A stretch of DNA of 64,000 nt from Eledone cirrhosa (lineage: Eukaryota): the NCBI GenBank assembly GCA_964016885.1, contig OZ024742.1, forward strand, positions 182,280,001 to 182,344,000, written 5' to 3'. Of the stretch, positions 57,163 through 64,000 are shown piece by piece. The stretch's first letter is position 1. Every line of letters starts with the position of its first letter. The notes under the pieces are model-generated. The model saw nothing but the letters and a program-made list of their open reading frames with translations, was not told the DNA's origin and searched no databases. A program made the position numbers and the translations under genes.

Positions 57163-59931
57163 TCAGGTGTAGTTTTGGCGTATTTCGGGAAGCATGAGTG
57201 TCTTAAAGGATGCAGTGTCTCGGCAGCTAACAACTGACGCAGGCAGTTTGTTCCATGCTTCAGCAACTCTGAGCGTGAAGAATTGTCTACGAAAGTCATT
57301 CATGGGAGCTGTGCTGTTTTCTGAATTTGTAGGCATGTCCACGTGTGTTAGACACATGGAGATCAAAAAGGTGCTCAGGGTTGTTGTTGGCGAGATGGTT
57401 AATAACTTTGTGGGTATTTACCAAGTCCATTGCCAGACGTCGGAGCTTCAATGAATCCATGCCCAGGGAAGCAAGCCGTTCAGAGTATGGTAGGTGTCTG
57501 ATGGAGGGTATGCGCTTGGTTGCACGTCTCTGAACAGTTTCGAGGAGGTCAATGTTCTGAGCAAGATAGGGGTTCCAGACTGATGATGCGAATTCCAAGT
57601 GTGGTCGTACCATAGCTGTATACAGTTTTAAATAGATGACTGGATAGCGGCTAACAAAGGTCTTGCTGAGTGATGCCAAGACACCCTCGGCCTTCTTGAC
57701 AATCTTAGAGACATGCTTTGTCCAACGGAAATCGTTGCGGACAGTAATGCCCAGGTCACGTTCACAAGAGGAGTTCTTGATATCAGTGTTGTGGAGGGAG
57801 TATGTGGATGCTGGATTTTTCCTCCCAAAATGCATGGTGGTACACTTGTCTACAGCCAGCTTCAGTTGCTAGTCTGTGATCCATTGCTGCATTGTGTCCA
57901 GGTCTGATTGTAGGAAAGAGTTGTAAATTTCAGGATCAGTCCTTTTGATTTCAAGGGAAAGCTTGATGTCATCTTCATATTTTAATACCGTGGCATTCTG
58001 TAAGTTGGCATCTATGTCATTAATATATGCCACAAACAAAAGGAGACCAAGAACAGATCCTTGTGGTACACCAGATAACATCTCATATGGTGAAGAATGC
58101 TGTCCTAGAACAGTGACTACCTCTTTTCGGCTGAGAATGAAGGATTTCAACCAGTCGAAAAGATCATCCCTCACACCCATTGCAGAGAGTTTTGCCATAA
58201 GTCTTTTGTGTGGCACATAATTAAAAGCTTTAGCAAAGTCAAGGTAAACAACATCCACCCATGAGCCGCTGTCAGTGATCTGGGTGATGTCTTCAAGAAA
58301 CTCGATAAGCTGATCACAGCAGCTGGAGTTAGGGATAAATCCAAACTGTGAGGGCCAGATGAGGCTGTGAGAGCTCCAGAAGTTCCAAAGTGTTTCTCTG
58401 ACTCAGGATTCCATCAGTTTGACTATACAGCTAGTAAGACTGACTGGACGATAGTTGACAGGTGACATGCGGTTGCCCTTTTTGAACAGGGGAATGACAC
58501 TGGCAGTTTTCCACTGCTCCGGAGTAACACAATTGTTGCGACAGTATTGAAAGAAGAAAGAAAGCTGGCGCAAAAGGAAAGACCCGCCACGTTTGAGAAG
58601 CAGGTATGTAACACCATCAAGACCAGGGGAGGCATAGTTGCGCTTATTCTTAAGGTGACGTCGCAACATTGCAGGTGTAAATTCCATAGTTGTAATGGAA
58701 TTTGATGTTAGAGATGGTGGAGATGGTACATTCTGGTTTTCAACAGTAAAAATACTTGCATAGCACTCAACAATGAGTTCTGCGCATTCTTTGGGATCGT
58801 CAGTGATCTGGCTTGTGTGGGGATTGCGAGGAGGACCAACTGGTGAGTGAGGTCTCTGCTTTTAATGAACATATTTCCAGAACACCTTACTGTCAGGATT
58901 GGTTGCTATGCACTGTACAAATTCAAGCACTGCCTTCTTTGTCACTTGCTTGAGATGGCTAGAAGATTTATTCCGCTTTTTTCTGGTGGCATCTGATTTA
59001 TGCGGTTTATATTCCCGTTCAGCGTTCCGACGTTCTTTCCTGGCAAGTCGGACCACTGAAGTTTCTCCAAATTGCACTTTTGGGGTGTTTTTTTTCTGCT
59101 TACGTGGCACCGATGCTGCACACGCTATCCATATTGAGTCCAGGATGCTCTGGAGTATAATGCTCACATCTCCAGAGTTATACATCTCATGCCAGTTTGG
59201 GCGCTGTAGCTCAGTGCAGTACAAGTTCCAATCCACCCTCTTCCAATCAAAGCAAGCAGATTGGAGATGGCTCTAGTTTTTGTTGCTGCCCTCAAGTGCC
59301 AGATTGGCAATGATCATAGCATGATCAGAGTCGCCTAGAGGTTCCTCAGTAGTACAACTGATAACCACTTCAGGAGTAGTGGTGAAGATCAGGTTCAAAG
59401 TGTTGTCACCTCTTGTTGGAGAGGTGACTAGTTGTGACCAGTTTGAGTCCAGCACTAGTTCAAGGAAATCGTTTGCACCCTGTGGCCAACGAAAGGTTTC
59501 CCAATCGATCTCAGGATGATTTAAGTCACCTGCAATAAACACATAAGTGGCTGTTTTCTTGGCAGCAACTCTGAGGATATCGCAAAGCCCTGTGTCTGAT
59601 GGTAGTTTGGGGGGCGATAAACAACACCAAGCAGAAGTGTTGACATGGTCATACGTATGTCACAGAAAAAAACTTCTTGTGATTCGTTCAAATCAACGCA
59701 AGGAATTACCGAAAAGTTTGAACGAACGTAGACCATCACACCACCACCACGGCGATTAATGCGGTCCTTGCGGAAAAGGTTGTACCCAGTAATGGTGAAA
59801 ACCCCATCACAGAGTAAGGAATGTGCCCATGTTTCCGTGACTGTGTTGAAGTCAGGGTCGATGCTTCTAACGTAGGAGTCAAACAGATATATCTTGTTGC
59901 ATAAACTGCGAGCATTTAAGGACAACAATTT
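57163..59931 (-). pseudogene. CR1 ORF2 (APE + RT), disrupted
   Basis: Same motifs as copy 5 across minus-strand ORF fragments 59521-59928, 59273-59542, 58862-59236, 58403-58687, 57869-58258 and 57296-57835. Confidence 0.92.
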
Positions 59932-59984
59932 GTACCCTGTTTACAGTTTATGATGGTGTGTAGAGGGTGGCAGGTTGTTTTGGT

Positions 59985-60557
59985 TTAGTTTCCCAGAGTT
60001 GTTGCAGTTTTTTCATTGCCAGTTATTGTGGGTAGAGCACACTCAGACCAGCTGGTATCTCTCTTCCACGTTTCACCTGCCTTGACAAACCTCCAGATAT
60101 GTCCATCATCACGCAGACTAAAACTTTCATGTTGTGCTGAGTTCCGATTCAAGGAAGCTGCAGCACGTAGCTTTGGACGTACATGGGGTGGTAGTCCTGG
60201 GCGTGTTCGGAACGTAATGCGATTTTCACGCCCAGCTTTAACAGAGGCCAGATGGCCAAGGCGGAGAGGACCCTTTGGGGGAACACAGCCTAGGTCTTTG
60301 GCTGAGCTGGTAGCAAATGCCTGAAGATCAGCCTTGTCCTCTGGTACCCCAATGGCAATTACTTCATGAGTAGCAGATTCCGCAGTCTTCTCAGTGTGCC
60401 CAGATACGGCAAGAGGTACAGGGAGATTCTTTAGCAAGGCATTCCGATAAGACCCCTCATTGTGGGGTCCTACCCGAATGCTTGCCTTTATTCCTGTTAC
60501 TTCCCTTCTTAAAGCAGAAATCATTAGTTGCAATTCTGCAAAGTCTGTACTGGTCGG

Positions 60558-60610
<53 letters not shown>

Positions 60611-61143
60611 CCACGGGAATGGTAGAGGAAGACACAGTCGCCGGTTGTTGGTGTCGAGATGTACTGGGAGCGGAAAACATGGGTTGTTGTTGTTTCTGAT
60701 GTTCTCCCACAGGAATAGCAGCAGAAGCCAGTGTCATAGGTTTTTGTCGTTGTTCAGTAACAAGGGTGGAGGGAGATACAGTCATCGGTTTTTGTTGTTG
60801 TTGTTGTTGTTTTCCAATAACATTAGTGGAGGCAGGCACACAGGCCAGGCACTGAAAGGACCAGGATTTTAGCTGGACCATCTCCCATATTCCATTCATC
60901 ATAGCATTATGATGTCTCTTTTTTGGGGCCTGGGATCCTCCGGAAGCCTGTGGCGCATTGAAGGTAGACAGAGATGCGACAGGTTCCACATTCGACCCAG
61001 CGATTACGGAACGAGTTTTCGGGTTCCGTACAAATATGGCAGATTTGGTTTTCTGGGCAATGTTCTATTTTGGAACATCGACGAGTTTTGTCGCATACTT
61101 CATTGATGGATATCACCATGGCAATTTTGTTATTTCTGCCCAT
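59985..61143 (-). pseudogene. CR1 ORF1 with N-terminal PHD-like finger, polyQ linker and coiled-coil; one frameshift
   Basis: MGRNN...CHIC...WVECGTCRISVYLQC, then a frameshift at a T run (~60920) into ...WSFQCLAC. (CAA)n polyQ at ~60557-60610; FAELQLMISALRREVTGIKASI heptad pattern. PHD fingers are known in CR1 ORF1s. Confidence 0.75.
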
Positions 61144-61886
61144 CGGTAGAAAAACACAGAATGTAAACAATATAGGTTTAGCGCACTTGATTACGATAGA
61201 AGTAAAATGTCTGTTTTCTATTTGTTTTTTTGTGTATTTTGTTTCCGTTTTCCTAAATGTTGTGTGTGTGTGCAGAAGAGTCTGCGCATGAAACAAATAA
61301 ATATGCTGCGTAAGTTAATGAGATAAATGTTTGTTTATGTTTTGTTTTTGTATTTCTGTTTTCCTATGTATTATGTGTGTGTGTATGCAACAAGATCTGC
61401 ACACGAATATAGAATTATATATATATATAATTAAAAGGTGTATGTGGGTTAGAAGCGAAGTCAATGTTCAGAGATATTTTACAAATGTACGTAATATTGG
61501 CCGGTATTGTGTCTCACATGAAATAGTGTGGTTTCTTTTCACTTGTGTGTATATGCATGTGGTATATATCTGTATATAAATCTGTGAGTATATTGTTGTT
61601 TATAGGTTTTGTGGAGTACTTACTGCGATTCCTAAGGGATGTAGTGATTTGTTATTTTTTTCCTTTTTCTCAGTCCATGTCCACACGTGGTTTGTTGGCG
61701 AAAATCAAGTCAAATTAAATATACTTCGTTAAAATAATTCTATGTTGAAGGTACTATGTTGAAGGTACTAGTTGTCAGGGAACAGTCAAAGTAATCGTAA
61801 TCCATCTGACATGTGTTTAAAGGGCAGTTTTTGGTGAAAATATTATATTTTGTTTGGTCAAGACGTGGTCAAGCGACCTTCCTTGT

Positions 61887-61895
61887 CGCCATTTT
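61887..61895 (-). promoter_or_regulatory. YY1-like motif (AAAATGGCG) at the 5' end of CR1 copy 6
   Basis: Lies ~6 nt inside the inferred 5' end, the position where L1 internal promoters carry a YY1 site. Confidence 0.4.
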
Positions 61896-61901
61896 TCCCT
61901 G

Positions 61902-62461
61902 CAAATATACTACAGAACTACATAAATACAGCCCGACACAACCACACAACTATACTACAGAACTACACAACCACACAACTATACTACAGAACTATATAAC
62001 TACAGAACAACACAACCATACAACTATACTATAGAACTATATAATTACAGCCCATCACAACCACACAACTATACTACAGATCTACAGAACTACAGAACAA
62101 CACAACATCACAACTATATTACAGAACTATATAACTACAGAACAACAAAACCATACAACTATACTACAGCACTACAGAACTACAGAAAAGGACAAACACA
62201 CAACTAGACTACAGATCTACATAACTACAGCCCAAGACAACCACACAACTATACTACAGCACTACAGAACAACACAACCACACAACTACACTACAGAACT
62301 ACATAACTACCGAACAACACAACCACACAACTATACTACAGAATTATATAATTACAGAACAACACAACCACACAACTATACTACAGAACTATATAACTAC
62401 AGCCCAACACAACCACACAACTATACTACAGAACTATATAACTACAGAACAACACAACCAC
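61902..62461 (+). repeat. Terminal 45-bp satellite block
   Basis: Same monomer. Confidence 0.95.
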
Positions 62462-62955
62462 ACAACTATACTGCTAACACACCTACAACGCTAACAAAAT
62501 TACCCTTCTAACAAAACTATACTGATACACAACTACTCTTTTAACACAATTGTATTGCTACAGAAACACACAACTATACAGATAACAAAACTACACTGCT
62601 ACACATCTACACTGCTAAAACAACTACACTTGTATCACAACTACACTGCTACACAACTATACTGATAACACAATTACACTGCTAAAACAACTACACTGCT
62701 AAACAACTACACTACTTCACAACTACACTGTTCCACAACTACACTGCTAGCACATCTACACGTGTAACACAATTACACTTGTAACAACTACAGTGCTAAC
62801 ACAACTACACTGCTACACTGCTAACACAACTACACTTGTAACACAACTACACTGCTAACACAACTCAACGTGTAACACAACTACACTAGTAACACAGCTA
62901 CGCTTGTAACACAACTACACTTGTAACACAACTACACTTGTAACACAACTACACA
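62462..62955 (+). repeat. 19-bp minisatellite (ACAACTACACTGCTAACAC / ACAACTACACTTGTAACAC) at the array edge
   Basis: About 25 diverged units sharing the ACAACTA(T/C)ACT core with the 45-mer. Confidence 0.85.
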
Positions 62956-62957
62956 GA

Positions 62958-63245
62958 CATCGATTCCGACAATGAGTGTTCCAATTGTTCAAACAACAAA
63001 ACAGCGTGCCTATAAAATTAACGTGCAAGAGGCGGGGAAGTGATGGGGAAGATTAAACTTGAAACAGAGCGTACGAAAACGGGTTCTTTGTATTAGAGGT
63101 ATGGTTCATTTTTAGTTAGCTGAATTAGCTGGAGTAACGTGATATAAAGTACCTTGCTGAAGGACATAACGCGCCACTGGAAATCGAATTAACAACCATA
63201 AGATCATAAGCCAGTCACACCTAACTACTAAGCCACGTACCTTCA
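62958..63245 (-). mobile_element. Degenerate tRNA-derived SINE
   Basis: Minus strand begins tgaaggtacgTGGCTTAGTAGTTAGG (A-box-like) ... TTCGATTTCC (B-box-like), then tgtccttcagcaaggtacttt. Resembles octopus SINEs from memory. Confidence 0.6.
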
Positions 63246-63426
63246 GAACTACACTGCTGCAGTCGTAGAGGGCGCCGTCGTTACATACATTATGTTGGGC
63301 AGTTAAACCTGGTGGCGCCCATTCTTCTCCAGATAGGAATATAGTTGCTTTATTCCAAAGAAAGAGAAAGAAAGATATATATAGATATATAGATATTAGG
63401 AGAAGAGAGAGCGAGATGAGGGAGAG

Positions 63427-63533
<107 letters not shown>

Positions 63534-63554
63534 GAGACTGGAAGAAGGGAAAAA

Positions 63555-63740
63555 GGGGGCATAGAGGAATTATCGACTCCAGTATTGAATTGGTACTTTA
63601 TTTATCGACCTCGAAATGATGAAAGGCATAGTTCATCTCGACAGGATTTGAACTCAGAATACAGACAGCCGGGACCAAATACAGCAAGGCATTCTACCCT
63701 ATCCGACATTCTAAACAAAATGCCAATTCGCTGCCTTATA
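63555..63740 (-). mobile_element. Degenerate tRNA-derived SINE, second family
   Basis: Minus strand has B-box GAGTTCAAATCC followed by gcctttcatcatttcgaggtcgataaataaagtacca, resembling a conserved SINE central domain (recalled). Confidence 0.6.
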
Positions 63741-64000
63741 TTTATAGCATAAATATATTTAACACTCATCCCAATCGTCTGTGCATGGAAGTTAGATTAT
63801 GTGGGAGCATGTCTGTTGGAAATGAAGTCTTTATTGCTGCAAGGGATTGAAGAATGGTGCCAAGGGAATCAGCAAAGGAAAAAAAAAAAAAAAAAATCCA
63901 AAAAACTTTGTTGTTTCTTCATGTTCTTCATCACTTCACATAATAACGCCACCACTCACCACCTCTCTTCCTCGTCGTTCTTCTTCTTCTTCTTCTTCTT

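Larger units (their letters stand above)
56993..61901 (-). mobile_element. CR1-group LINE copy 6, apparently full length (4.9 kb), antisense to the other copies
   Basis: (AAT)n tail at the left, single 3' UTR unit, ORF2, ORF1, ~760-bp 5' UTR. Satellite resumes in phase, with a possible imperfect TSD caattata/caaatata. Confidence 0.92.

Noticed and set aside
61780-61901. HDV-like ribozyme at the CR1 5' end
   Set aside because: Only one small hairpin is evident. I could not build the nested double pseudoknot by eye; a covariance-model search would be needed.
1-62461. CRISPR-like array
   Set aside because: No unique spacers, no cas genes, and the context is eukaryotic.

Overview
Eukaryotic repetitive DNA with no host gene recognisable. 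The two tRNA-derived SINE remnants at the right end resemble octopus/cephalopod SINEs as I recall them; this assignment is unverified. About two thirds of the window is an A/C-rich 45-bp satellite (consensus ACAACTATACTACAGAACTACATAACTACAGAACAACACAACCAC, built from 8-bp subunits) with kb-scale higher-order duplications. The array grades into a 19-bp repeat and ends at ~62.95 kb. Inserted in it are: (i) a 2.1-kb non-coding LTR element with 369-bp LTRs, a CAAC TSD and an unusually long tRNA-Trp PBS; (ii) six copies of one CR1-group LINE ending in (ATT)n, five 5'-truncated on + and one apparently full-length on -; (iii) a near-intact 5.9-kb Tx1/L1-clade LINE sitting inside the (ATT)n tail of one CR1 copy. 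The most notable observations are the nested satellite > CR1 > Tx1 arrangement, three 'lesions' shared by the two long CR1 copies (one at a C_CCA_AAC slippery heptamer), a PBS that runs past tRNA position 58, and CR1 copies that were amplified and recombined together with the satellite.
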